From the NCBI GenBank assembly GCA_030295235.1, contig AP026144.1:620001-684000 (forward strand): a stretch of DNA of 64,000 nucleotides, read 5' to 3'. The notes under the pieces were generated by a model. That model saw only the letters and a list, made by a program, of their open reading frames with translations, had not been told where the DNA came from and made no database searches. The translations under genes and the position numbers were made by a program. Below are positions 22,697-35,519 of the stretch, piece after piece. The DNA is from Fistulifera solaris (lineage: Eukaryota). Position 1 is the stretch's first letter. Each line of letters begins with the position of its first letter.

Positions 22697-25600
22697 CTAT
22701 AATGACTGGGAGAAATGAATAGCCGATAAGCTCGTATACTCCTCGGCGTAGGCAGCAAGTAGAGCGTCTAAGTCAATATGTTCGAGGTCAACGCCTGACG
22801 TTTCACGCGGTTTCGTCGAAAAAAGATCCAACAGATTGTCCGTTCCCATCTGAAACATAGTTGAATTGTCTGCGTTCACTAGTGCGTCGCTGACCTTTAA
22901 TTTCTGATTTTGTATAAACTGGATTGATTCCTCTATTGAGTCTTTCGTGATTAACTTGAAAACACGCACACAGTCATTTTGCCCAATGCGATGAGCCCGA
23001 TCCATAGCCTTCTCAGTTGTAAATGTCAGTGCGAATCTGCAGCAGTCTAATTAACGACATAAAGCCTTACCTGGAGGTCGGCGAAAGGGTTAAAATCAGA
23101 CTCCAGCATTATTACCAAATTTGCCCCTGAAACAAAACAAGAATTAGATTGTCATGCGCCAGATGACATTACGCCTCTTCATTCCTCACCGGTTAAGTTC
23201 AAGCCCAGGCTTCCAACTCGTGTTGTCAAGAGCATAATTGAGACAGATTTATCCGTATTGAATCCCTCTGCTAGTGCTGCTCTCTTTTCCGCTGGTACCT
23301 TTCCGTCGATTCGTGAATATTTTACCGACGGAAATTTGCCCTTAGTAGCATATTTTCGACGATATCTAACGTCTTCGTGAATTGTGCGAATATCAAACAC
23401 CTCGTTTCACTAAATGGCTCAGCATCCTCTGCTCCAACAAAATCATTATGCGAGACCATCTGGCTCGAAAGATCCTCGTACTCGTCCTCAGGCAAATCTG
23501 AATAAAGAGCTGAATAATCGCCATCAGCCCCCAACGCCTGCTCTGAAAGTATTCCAGCTTCTGAAAGCAAGTACTGAAGAGCAGATATCTTTCCCGATGA
23601 CTCGATCGAATGCAAGAGAGGAACCACGTTGTCGCTCGCTGTATGTGGTTCTGGGAATACGAGCTTGGGGTGAGAACATAGCAACCGCAGAAAAAGAATC
23701 GTTTTCAGAACGCCAGAGCCCATCGTAGCCGGGTCCACTTTTTCGGAAAGAAGCATGCTTTCGAACGATCGTAAGCTCTCTTGGGCCTCGGAGCTCGAAC
23801 AAAACTCTGCATAGACCTGCTTTTGTATCGGACTCAACGGAACATTAAACACCGTAATTATCTTTGGAGGTAACTCACGAAGAACCTGCTCTTTCTCCCT
23901 TCGAAGTATAAAAGGGAGTGTTTGCTGATGAAGAATTTTAAGTTTCGAGTTGCCTTCTTGCACGTCTAATGTCGATGCTGTCGGTAGCTGGCTTTTCATT
24001 ATTGGACGTGCATAGGTCTTAGTGAAAGTCGCCACACTACCAAGATAGTTTGGCATCAGAAAGTCGAACATCGCCCACACTTCATTCACGTTGTTCTGAA
24101 TTGGTGTGCCTGTCAATACAAGCCTATGTCGAGCACGGAGCTTCTTTGATGCGATTGCGGTGGCTTAAGGTGGTGTCAGAAACAGGCGGAATTGAGCCAC
24201 GTCGTACAACACACGAGTCATCGTACCTGTTTTTGGATTTTTCAGTAGATGGCCTTCGTCTAGAACGCAATATATCCATTCACGCTCACAGAATGTTTCG
24301 ATTTCGCTTCTTAGCACCGAATAGCTTGTCACGATAATATTGCAGCCAATGAACTTCTCTTTGAGCGCCTGGCGCGTAGCTAGACTTCCGCAGTACAGCA
24401 CCGGGGAGAAAACGTTCCCCAATGGGAAATATTTTTGAATTTCGTTTACCCAATGTCCACCTACGCTTGAAGGGCAAACAATCAGTGACTTTGCTTCTTC
24501 GTTACAAGCCCCATCTTTGCAAATGTGGTGATCATTGTGTGCAAGAGCCACAGCTATCAGGGCTTGAAGTGTCTTCCCAAGCCCCATACTATCGCAAAGA
24601 GAGCCGTTCAGACGAAGTGATTGAAGAAATCTTAACCATGAGATGCCCTCTCTTTGGTAACCGCGTAGAATAACTTGATTACGGGACAGCTCGTCGGTCA
24701 CAAAGGTGGGCAACTCGTAATTTGGAATCGGTAGTCCAAATATCAAGTGGTCGATTACATTCTCACACACAGGTTCAAGACCACACTCTTGGGAAGAAAC
24801 TGATGTTGTGGACTGAGCAAACGGTGCATTGAGGATCAGGGTTGAGAAAATGCTTGATGCTAAGTTACAACACGCCTGGCTTGTATTGCACATGAGTTGC
24901 ATCACAGAAGGTAGTAGCACGCGAACGAATTGGCAGACGCCAGTACCGCAGCTTTCTACGACATCTTTTAAAACACCTGTCACCAATAAAAGCCGTGATT
25001 CTTCGGCTTCCGAGGATAGTCGCGGAAGAACAAGCCGAAGAATACGCTTCATTAGTAATTTTCCATCCAGTTTACAGAGAGCACGCAAAATAGAGGAAGC
25101 CATCTTTCTCATATCATCGTGATCGTCTTTATCAACACAAGCTTCCTCTACCAAAGAAGGAGCGAAAGACGCAATCAGGTACGCACTAATGGGATTGTCC
25201 GGTTGTAGCCTTTCACAAACTATGCGTAAAGGGAAAACCCTCGTCTTTGCTCTGGCGTCGCGTCGCTTACTCTAGACACCCAAGCAATCTTCGGCCAAAG
25301 TGGACTGCTAAGAAGATCTTTTACCGAGTTCAGACGTCTAACATACGAGGATAAAACGCCGCTTGCAACATCGCTTCGACTAGCGTTGTCCTCCTCGTCC
25401 TCAAATGTGGCTATTTCACATAGTTTGTTGATTACTTTGGTAAGGGTCGTCAAATGAATGCTCGGATCCATCTTTTCTAATAAAACTTTAAAAGCTGACG
25501 TGAGATAGGTAATGCGATCCCCGGTTTGCGTTTCGTTTAGAAGTGATGTCATCAATGGACGGATAACGGGCGTCAGTTTAGCTGGGAAGCAAGCCACAAC

Positions 25601-28018
25601 AATTGCACCCGCAACTGATGTTTCAACTCGCATTGTCAGTAAGCTTGGCACTTTTGAGTACTTTTCTGGAATTGTGTACCCGCGTTTGAGAAGTTCTTCT
25701 GTCCATAAAGTTCTGTATCTCTCTCCAGATTGGCCGTGAGATGCGTTATGAAACGTTGATATATTTTTTTTGAACGCTACTCTGCAATTGGAAACTAAAG
25801 ACTGCTCGAAAATAGCATTTTGTAAACCAGGATTCTGACATACAAACAGACAAGTGGGTGAATTTCCATTTAAAAACTGAAACAGAAGGTCGTTTGTCTC
25901 CCACTCGCTGAAGGACTGAGATTTTTCGCATAGGCAGCGGTATAATAAACAAGAAGCTTCGAACTGATACATCCATGGAGATCGGAGAAACATCCGAATG
26001 ATACTTCCGTGTTTGAAAATTGCCATTTCTAGTTCTGTGGAAAGTACAAAAGTGGCTAGTGCTTCCGCCAGACGGAGAGGAATGACAGCCTCATCCTTTA
26101 CCACTTTGCGCCTACTATCCCAATAATAAAACAGCAACAACTCGTTTTCCAATATCTTGAAAAGTAAAGTAGAGCGATGTTGAATTAGTCGGCAAATATC
26201 TGAGAGAAGATCCCAAATGGCTAATTGTTCCGCTTCAATTAGACATCTGACATTGTCGTCTTTCTGGGCGGAGTCCTTGGATGATGTGAACATGACGAAT
26301 ATCCGCTGTATAAGCTGACAGAACACACTTATATCATCATCAGTAGTAAAAGGTGATTCACGTGAAAGTTTTGTCTTGTAAACAGCTGAGAGAGCCTTGA
26401 CAGCCCTAAGGCAAGCCAGTCGAACAGAACCAAACTCAGAGTCGAGACGCAACAAGAGAATCTTTGTTAACTCGCCAAGATTCCCCATCACTATCTCAAG
26501 ACATTCAGGATCATGTGAAGCGGTCCCTTCTAACAAGTTAGCAAGAAGTTCCATGAGGTCAACCAGAGAGGACGAAACATCCGCTGCCGCTCGAACAGAT
26601 TTGACCACGACAGGGAAAGCCTCTGTGAAATCGTGTGGAATATATTGTGAGCCTCGTATGCGCTCAAGAAGCAGCTGTGCAGCGGATCCCTTCACATCGT
26701 CACTTTCGTCACCAAGCGACTGAACCGCAGTATGCCAGAAAGTCTTTGGCAAGACTCTGTTATCGAACTCTCGTGCTTCGCCCGTTTCCGATGATTGAAG
26801 TACAACCAAAATGTATTTTAAGCAAGTCAACGCTCCATGTCGTGGTTCCCAGCAGTCCTTGTACTCCGCGAGCTTCTGCAAAACCTTTAATGTGTTTGAC
26901 TTTTCAGCTGTTGATGCTAGCTGAAAGAGTAAAGAAATTAATTGGCCTGCTAGCTCACGAACCGGAGCAACCACGCCACCAGTCCTGCACTCTGTGTCAG
27001 CAATCATGGCTCCCGCAAAATCTCCAAATCGATCCAGCGCTAGTACACAAAGCGCACGTGAAAGCACGTCCTGCAACCAAAGCCCAAACGCAGCTGTCTC
27101 GGCAGTATATGACCTCCTCCAAGCTCGTATCAAACTGATCAAACCCAGCAATGCACCGTGACGGCGATGCCAAGCCGAATCAAACATACGGAAAACTAAC
27201 TCGGATGCAAGTAACTCTTGCGGATTGCGGTGCGAAACATTGTTCGCTTCATTCGACCCCAACGTATGATTGATTTCGGAGACGAGCAAATCACACACGG
27301 AAAAAGATTCGTTCGAAGATTTCACGTCTTTTCTTCTTTTCTTTGCAGCTCGTTTGGGGCCAGCTGTTTCGGCGTAAAATTCTTTGACGTCATTGACCGC
27401 TAGTCCAGAGTTACCCCCAATAAGTTCGGCAATTTTAGCAAGTCCTAATCGTTCCGCCATTATTTGTCGCTGAAGAGCCATTCTTCTTTGCATGCGGCTT
27501 TTTCGACTAGTTTTATCGGAATCGCTTTCATCATCTCGGAGTTCCTGATCATAATCGTATCGCTCGAAAGATGTCGAGTACAACGCTTGTCCTTGCGCCA
27601 GAATTGTTTCGAGCGTCGAATCGGACAGCAAATCATCTACGCGCAAGTAATGATACGCTGTTGGATCCTTGAATGTGGATTGCATAAAGCTGATCTGGTC
27701 GCTGACGGGTAAATGTTGCGATACACCTTGCAATGCGTCGGCCGCTTGCGTGCGCGTCTTCCACGTGCTCGACGTCAGTCCTTCTTGCAGTCGACCCAAA
27801 ATTTCCCACAATTGTGTGGGACTGCAGGTTCCGGCTATGCGTTTCAAGTGAAACGAGGCTTCTTCGGCATGTTCGACCGTGCCCTCTAATACGAGTCGGA
27901 GGAGTCGCAGCGTGTGCGGTGATAACGACGAAGGTGTTTTCCTCGTGTCGGAACGTCCTGGTAAAGAAACGTTCGCTCTACGTGAAGATTCCTCGACCAA
28001 TTCTGAACGACGGTTCAT
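22697..28018 (-). CDS. MOT1: TBP-associated SNF2 ATPase Mot1/BTAF1
   Basis: HEAT N-terminus (WHRRHGALLGL, ALDRFGDF, VVAPVRELAGQ, KLTPVIRPLM), LRGYQREGISWL, CDSMGLGKT, DEGH, TGTPIQNN, LIFAQF, AMDRAHRIGQ. Introns include 24164..24226 and two near 23010-23210; frameshifts present. Confidence 0.93.
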
Positions 28019-28700
28019 GCTAACACTTTAAAGTATTCAAGAGTAATGTGGCACTTTAGCATTCATTGCATATTTCTCTTCTTGAATATTCCCCTACCTG
28101 GTAGGTGTGAAAAGAATCACCAATTTTGTTTGCATTCGTTTGTGATAACGGGTGTGTCAAGTAGGATTAATTTTACCTAAAGACTGAGTACCGATGCGCA
28201 GGGGTGAGAACGAGCAAGGGCAGTCGTGACTACCCCGAATAGAAGTTCCATGTTGTTTTGTCCTCATGAGCTCTCTTCGTTAAGGTTATACGTCCTTACT
28301 TTTCGTAACATGTAATGAATGGTGGTGATAGTTGTTGAGTGTGAAAGTATGTTTATTTTCGTGAATGGACGAGCACAGCGGACTCCGATGAACATCGCAT
28401 CGGTGCAAGAAACTTTTACGATCGGATTGGTGTTTTTTTGTTGTTGTATAATAAAGGATACTTCCTCTTGGTATAGTTATCACTTAGAAAAGCTGCATCG
28501 CTGCCCATAGAGTGATACATCTCCACCTGGTGGTGGCGGCATTGTGGTGGGTTCTGCTATCTGCGACGCATTAGTTCAATATTAGTGTGTACATGACCTT
28601 AGTTGTTCTTTTATTTTTCTTTCCCTTTCAGTACTTTTCATTAGCGTAACAAACTTTATTTCAAACATTTAGCAAATAGTAAATCACAGATATATCAAAC

Positions 28701-30603
28701 CTACTTCGTAGGCTTGCGGTTGTGTTGCATGTGAGCTGCTACCACTGGGAAGAGAGCAGAAAGGGGGTGAGGGCAAATCATTCGCCAGGACCAATCTATC
28801 GGCAGGGGTACTTACATGTGTTGGCAGCCAAGGCGGCTAAAAGACTCAACTCTCCCGCCATGGTGGCGGATGCAATTACCTTGGCGAGTCGCTGGGCATT
28901 ATCGCCGGGATTCTCTCCACCGCCTTGGCAACCCAAAGCCTTGAGACAAGCCGCTTGAGCCGCCAAGGATGTACCTCCTCCTACAGTTCCCACTTCAATA
29001 CTGGGCATTGTGCACGAAATCCACAAATCACCGCATTCGGTCTCTTCCATGAGCGTTATACAATTACTCGATTCGACGTTCTGAGCGGGGTCTTGACCAG
29101 TGGCGAGGAAGACTGCAGACACAATATTCGAGGCATGGGCATTGAAACCACCGATGACCCCAGCCATGGCACTTCCGACCAGGTTCTTGTTCAAATTTGT
29201 TTCAACTATTGCGCAAACAGTGGTCTTGAGGGTCTTTCGCACCACATCTTTGGGAATCGTGGCTTCCACGACAACTGACTTGCCTCGACCTTCCAGCCAG
29301 TTGGTAGCAGCCGCTTTTTTGTCGGTGCACATATTGCCCGAAAGAGCCACGAGTGAAAGCTCCGGAAATTCTTTTCGGAGGTACTCGATCACTGCTAACG
29401 TTCCTTTAGAAACCATGTTCATACCCATTGCATCTCCGGAGAAACAAACGAGTCTCAAATAGACGTTCTTCCCAGCAATTGTTGCTTTGCACTCGTTCAA
29501 CTTTCCAAAGGAAGTGGTCGATTCGAACGCTGCCTTCATCTGTAGAAAGTTCTCGGGAGTTTCACACCAAATTTTCAGTTGCGCGGCCGCCATGGCGGTT
29601 GGCATACGGATGCACGGTGCCCGGGTGATTCCATCGCGCACGATTTGAGCAAGGCTCCTCCACCTTCGGTGATCGCCTTGGCACCCCGATTGGTACTGGC
29701 CACGAGACAACCCTCCGTTGTCGCCATCGGGATGTAGAAAGACTCTCCGTTGATGGTCAATGGACCGACCATGCCCACCGGCAAAGGTACATAGCCGACC
29801 ACAATTTCACAATTAGCGCCATGGACTCGACTGTAATCCAAATCCGTCTGGTACGGTAGGCCTTCCAGCGCTCCGGAGTGTCCTAAAGAGGCGAGCTTTT
29901 GTTGGACCACCAGACGGCGGACTGTCACAGCGCGATGACAATCCAATTTCTTCTCGAGCTCGTGATCCTTGATCTGGTTCGTTAATACCAGTTGAGCGAT
30001 CTCCGAATCCTTCAAATTCTTGATATCTTCTGAACAAACTTGGGTTTGCTTTGACTGGATTACATCGGAACAAAATGGAGTAGACGATGCGGGAGGATGA
30101 ATTTTGGAACTGACAAAGACATCTATATTTTAGCTTGATCGAATCATCACACAATACCCTCCGAAGAACGATAATGCTTACCTTTTCGACGACACAGGCG
30201 TCGTCACAGTTCTCCGAATCCTCGAGATCATGAACAAACATGACTCCAAAGAAGCCGAAAAAGTAGCACAGCAACAACGACCACGCAATGAGAAATTTGC
30301 ACAACACATTCGAATCATAGGCGGTCGCATTGAGCGAAAATTCCGCTACTGAACAAGCAAAGGCTACCACCACCAGCATATTCACCCACCGAAACAAATG
30401 CCACTTCGGCTCGGGTCCTTCCTTTTTCGCTGAACGCGTTGCACCACCGTTTGCAGCTCCGGAAGTTCCGGTTGCTCCGCCAACGAAAGAATGCCCCAGC
30501 AACCAAACACGGTCAAACCCACTATCACGCCGTACAGTTGATTGCTGGACACAGATACACAGCTGCTCAACGCGTTACTCAGCTGCAATCGCAATGATTC
30601 CAT
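28701..30603 (-). CDS. HMGR: 3-hydroxy-3-methylglutaryl-CoA reductase (class I, membrane-anchored)
   Basis: GANCEIVVGY, PMATTEGCLVASTNRG, GDAMGMNM, NMCTDKK, GQDPAQNVESS, GTVGGGT, GELSLLAAL, and a last exon LVAAHMQHNR. N-terminal TM segments; introns and frameshifts present. Confidence 0.96.
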
Positions 30604-31273
30604 TGTTGTTTCGTTTTTATGAGATGGAAAATGATAGAGATGTCTATTTTTAATTGTCATCACGAACTAATAAACGGCTGCTGCGGTTTCTGTTCATTTG
30701 ATTGCCGCAGAAAACGGGTGGGACTTACGCGGCGGTAGGCAGTAGGCACACAACTGGCCACTATGGCGAACGGAAACGGAATTAGTATTTCGGTTCGTTC
30801 TTACATACTTTCCCATTCCATGGACTCCGTTGAAACGTCAAGGCAACATTTTATGTTATAGTATCTCTTTTATTTAAATCACTTTTGCTATAGCATAGAT
30901 AGTGGTGAGTGATGAAAATTCAACATGCAGTATTTGACATTTGACACAGTGTCCATGTTCACCCTAACCTTATCCATTCAAGCAAAGTTGCCAACGAGAA
31001 CCCCAAACGGATCGTGCGTTGCACGTTCAGTCCCTCGCAATGCGGTCATGACAAAACTCATTCTCGTACAGGCACTTTTAGCTCTTAGCTATAGAGACAA
31101 GAAAAAGGCTTAACGATGAAAGCCAATACGAAAAGAAATAAAACATCTGTCGAGACTTTTTGACATGATAATTGACAGTCTTCAAAAAACAAAGATTAGA
31201 ACGCATTCGTTTACAAAAAAAGTCAGATGATTGGCTATCCTCGATAGGGAACAAAAACAGACCAATCAAAACC

Positions 31274-31862
31274 CTACGAGTGCTGGTTCAAAAACTCCGA
31301 AGCCTTGTCATACATGGGCAATACAGCTGCCGCAACGGGTCCCGCTCGTATGACTGTCACAGTGAAACCTCGGTAAAGGAACGCACTCCACCAGTCTTGT
31401 ACATTTCCAGGGCCATGTCCCATGATGACTGTAGTGCAGAGTCCTGCTGGATCGCATTTGCATAATAGATTCGGCTACGAATCGCATCGACGGGGAAAAT
31501 GAAGGCCCAACAAAGTGTTCCCGAAGCAGCAGCGCTCATCATGCGCTCACACACTGTAGGCACACCATCGGAGGATGTCCTTCGTCGTCGGACCAATTCA
31601 CGTTTGATCGATTCGTACGAGCAAAAATAGACGGCACGACCGATGGTTTCCGACAAAAAATGCGGTCCAAAACCGCAAAGAGACCGGTCCGCCACGTGTT
31701 GCGCATCGCTTCGGCCAGTCCCAAACCGGGCACCGTTTGTTGTGCCGTTTTCACAATGAGCATGGGACTGGTAAAAGAGCAAGGACCGCACCCGCCGTAC
31801 TACTGGCGATAGCTACATTGGTCATGGAGTCGTGTCCAATGTAGTTGTGGCGATGATTGTCG

Positions 31863-31931
<69 letters not shown>

Positions 31932-32344
31932 GGAAGGGAATAGAGTAGACGGCGCATCGTATCGTATACCGCAAAATTGACCGACTGCACAAAGCCCACC
32001 GTTAATAATGGGGCGGAGATACCCGCATACAACGATCGGATCTGTCGAAGATAAGAAAAAGTCGGATTGTTGGTAGCCAACGAATGTATACCACGAGTCG
32101 TCGTCGTCGTCGTCGTCGTTTTCATGTTGGGTGGCGAAAAGGAGCCCGACGTATGGCCAGCGGTCAGGTGGAGTTTCGTCGCCAGGCGTTGATGTTGCGT
32201 TTGATATAACACTTTCAGCGAGTCAAAGGGATGTCCAACTATTGTTCCGCTGATTCCTGCTACATAACCTGCGATGATGCTATTTCTCACGGATCGGAGA
32301 GAGCACGCAGAGGAGTCTTCGAGGCGACTACTATATTGACTCAT
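31274..32344 (-). CDS. mitochondrial carrier (SLC25) family protein with poly-Q insertion
   Basis: GHPFDSLK, LYAGISAPL, FPVDAIRSR and GGVRSF..GFTVTVIRAGP signatures; frameshifted. Confidence 0.85.
31865..31930 (-). repeat. (CAA)22 perfect microsatellite encoding poly-Gln
   Basis: Uninterrupted (TTG)n on the + strand, 66 bp. Confidence 0.95.
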
Positions 32345-32852
32345 GCTTGCTACTTTTCATTTAGTCAATAGACGGTGTTTCTTGAGTATTGTGGCCAATG
32401 AATAGTGAAGAGGCGAACAATGGAGGTCGAAATGAGATGATGATTCCGAACAGAAGCAAAAGCGCATCTGTTGAGTTTTAAATTTAGTTGCCAATCAATA
32501 TACTCTTTCGTTGTCCGACGCTCTCTCTGCCGGTATTTTTTGCGGAAAGAGACGGCATCACTTTCCGTTTTCTGTACTTTACCGGAAGTAAGACTGTGGC
32601 TGCGGAAGTAGAAAGGCAGACGTGAGACGTGAGGATGCGAATGTGTGATGTATTTTCGGTTGACGTGTTTTCGGTTATGTTGTTATGTTCGACGATGGTG
32701 ATTCAGGACTCCATCGCCGTTCGTGAATGAATGCTAGGAAGGACACCGCGTCCGACGTTCGAGACTAGACTGTGCAAGGTAAAAATAGAAGACAAGAATC
32801 ACCATATGGCAATAAGATCCCTTCAAAGTAATGAAAACACCAAACCTTAACA

Positions 32853-35126
32853 TTACGCTTTCTTCATTCTTTCCAAAAGCTGCTTCTTTTCCGCTTCGCC
32901 AATCCAACGCTCGGAAAGCGTGGATGTAGCCGGCCAAGGGCGTCCACCCACTTCACCGATTTTAACCCCATTCTCCCGAGCGATAATGGCTCGAACACGA
33001 GCTTCACAGCAATAGTTGTTCGGATCACCCTGGCAATGCCCCATACCGGCGCGCGTTCGTTTTCGGATCCCCTGAGAAGAATCAATCGGTAGGGAACGGC
33101 GCATCGCCGTGACGACTTCCAATTCGGTGACTTTTTCACATTTACAAATCACGTTTTGCGCCATTTGATCCTTGTTGCTTCCGTCACTATCATTCTTTCC
33201 GGGTGGACCAAATTTGAGCCCCTTCATGCCTTCCTTTGGGATAATGATCGGGGCCCGATTAGGCTTGAAGATTGGATTGGGATCCATCTTCACTCCCGCG
33301 CTCTTTAACATTTCTATGACATCGAGAGCAATGGCGGGTGAGCCAGCTAGTCCCGGTGAGTCGATACCAGCAACATGAATCATATTCGGGTTTTTTCGCG
33401 CTAGGTTCAATAATCCAATCTCCACGAGAACTTTTGGCACGTGCACCAGCAAAGGCGTGAATGGTCTCAGTCGGATCAAAGTCGCCGACCAAAAGCTTGC
33501 ATTTTGAGAGAATGTATTCTTGAATGGACGCCGGAGACATTGTTCGAGCATCCTTCTCATGCATGTCGCGGGCTGTAGGGCCGAGAATGAGATTGCCCCA
33601 CAACGTGGTTTGTACTAAAACACCTTTACCAAGTTTGGGGTCCGGACAAGGGAAAAGTGTGCGTGTCACTAGCTTGCCCTGCAAATCATAGTATTTTTGA
33701 CTCAGAAGTAGTTCCAACGACAGTGTTCCAGCAAAACAAGACGTACCTGGTTGCGATTGAGCAAGATGTAATCGCCAAGTCGAGGCTTGATGGTAAACGA
33801 TTCATCACCGATCATCCGAGCGATTTTATCCGAGTAGCCTCCCGCACAATTGATGATATATTTGCAGCGAATCCATTCCGTGCTAACAACTTCACCGGAC
33901 ATGACGTTTTGCGAACCAGAACCACCGACCAACATGTCTTCGACATCCACCTTGCCCTTTTCTCCGTGACCGTCGGGCATACCCGCTTTCTCGATGAGAC
34001 TGGTAACCGGTGTACTCTTGGTTACTTTTTTGTTTCCCACAAACTTGATCAAGAGAGAGAATCCCAACCACTGCACCACGGCCGCCATGTGAAACTGACC
34101 ATCGTACGGGAGTGACCAGAGTTCGGCCATTCCTCCCGCAAAGTGCAACAGCACGACGCACGCCGCAATCTGTAACCAATTCGTGAGCATATCGGGGACT
34201 TTGGCTCGACCTATGGTTTTCAAATAATGTTCCGGCTCCCAGTGATCAACCTTGACGCGAAATCCCTGGTCTGTCGTTTCAATTTCCGTCACCTGCCGAC
34301 GGATGCGCAATTCCACGCCATTGTCCACGGCATTTTCCGCCAAGGCAATCGCAAACTCGTAAGGAATCACGTTTCCGGCATCGGGAGAATACAGAGCCGC
34401 GATGGCGTTTGGGTTCAAATGAGGCTCCATTTGAAAGAGTTCGTCTTTTTCGACGATACGGAGATTCTGGACCCCATTGGTGTTCCCTCGTTCCAATAGT
34501 TCTTGCAAATGCTTCCGGTCTTTTTCATTAAATGCGACGACTAAACTACCATTCTTTTGGTAACCAAATCGTAGTTCTTTATCGAGTTGAGCAAACATTT
34601 GATTACCGGGCCAACTGTGGACAGGCAAGAAGTGAAAAAAAAAACATATTTGTAATCGATGGAAGAGTGAGTCGCCTCACAGCACTTACCAGTACTTGGC
34701 TCGGTTGGTGCCCGGCGTATCATCATATCCCGCATGAACAATCCCCGAATTTCCTTTGGTAGCTCCTTGACTGACATCATCCGCAGCTTCGACCCAACAG
34801 GTATGAACTTTGTAACGACTCAATTCGCGAGCAATCGCTGCGCCGATGCAGCCAGCACCAATAATCAGCTGTAGTAGTAAATTCGAATTGAGACGCAGCA
34901 AATGAATGTCTACGGGAAAAAACTTATTAATAATACGCACCACATCGTAACTACCATCGTTCTTGCACGAGATATACCGAGATCGACTGCGGGGACATGG
35001 TGCTTGAAAATCGCATCCACTGCATTGCTTTTCATCTATATTGAAAACTTTGCCGCAATCTTCAATGTCGACCCAGTCTCCCCCGTAATAAACGCCTTTC
35101 ACGCCATGTTGCAGATGTTCGGTCAT
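32853..35126 (-). CDS. FAD-dependent oxidoreductase (GlpA/LhgO-like) with C-terminal BFD-like [2Fe-2S] domain
   Basis: IIGAGCIG, GATKGNSGIVHAG, IINCAGGYSD, GKGVLV..T.WGNLILGPTA, FAGARA, AGIDSPGLAGSPAIA, ICKCEKVT...KRTRAGMGHCQG...C. Introns at 34869..34940, 34615..34689 and 33679..33746; frameshift near 33395. Confidence 0.88.
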
Positions 35127-35519
35127 GATTAATTAGTCGACTTCCCATAGAAATAGAATGATGAAAAGAAACAACAACAGCAAATAAAGGACCCGGTCGG
35201 AGCGAAGAAAAAGATCGGTGGCGTCAAAAACGCCCTATCTCGCTCTCGAGAATCTAAAATCTAAGTACCAGGTACTGTAGCTTTCGAGTGTAGTGAGGTG
35301 AGGGCAAAACCATATCGTACCGGTACTATGATACACAGTTTCAGCTCCGTCTTATTCATTCACGAATTGACGGATCCATCCGCTGGGCACGCCATTCCAA
35401 TTTCCAATGCTTTCTTCACTATTCATTTCATTTCCTATCGTTCGGCTATCAAATTCGTTTCATTATAAATGTCATCATTTAATTCTGGTTCTGCTTATAG
35501 CTGGGGATCCGACGCCTTA

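Noticed and set aside
28149..28205. TPP-riboswitch-like fragments (CGGGTG…CTGAG-TACCG…GCGCAGGG)
   Set aside because: The P4/P5 core (ACCTGAT…GGATAATGCC) is missing and the neighbouring genes are not thiamine-related.
28701..35126. HMGR - carrier - flavoenzyme as a terpenoid or toxin biosynthetic cluster
   Set aside because: No prenyltransferase, terpene cyclase, P450 or other pathway gene nearby; the order looks like ordinary gene adjacency.
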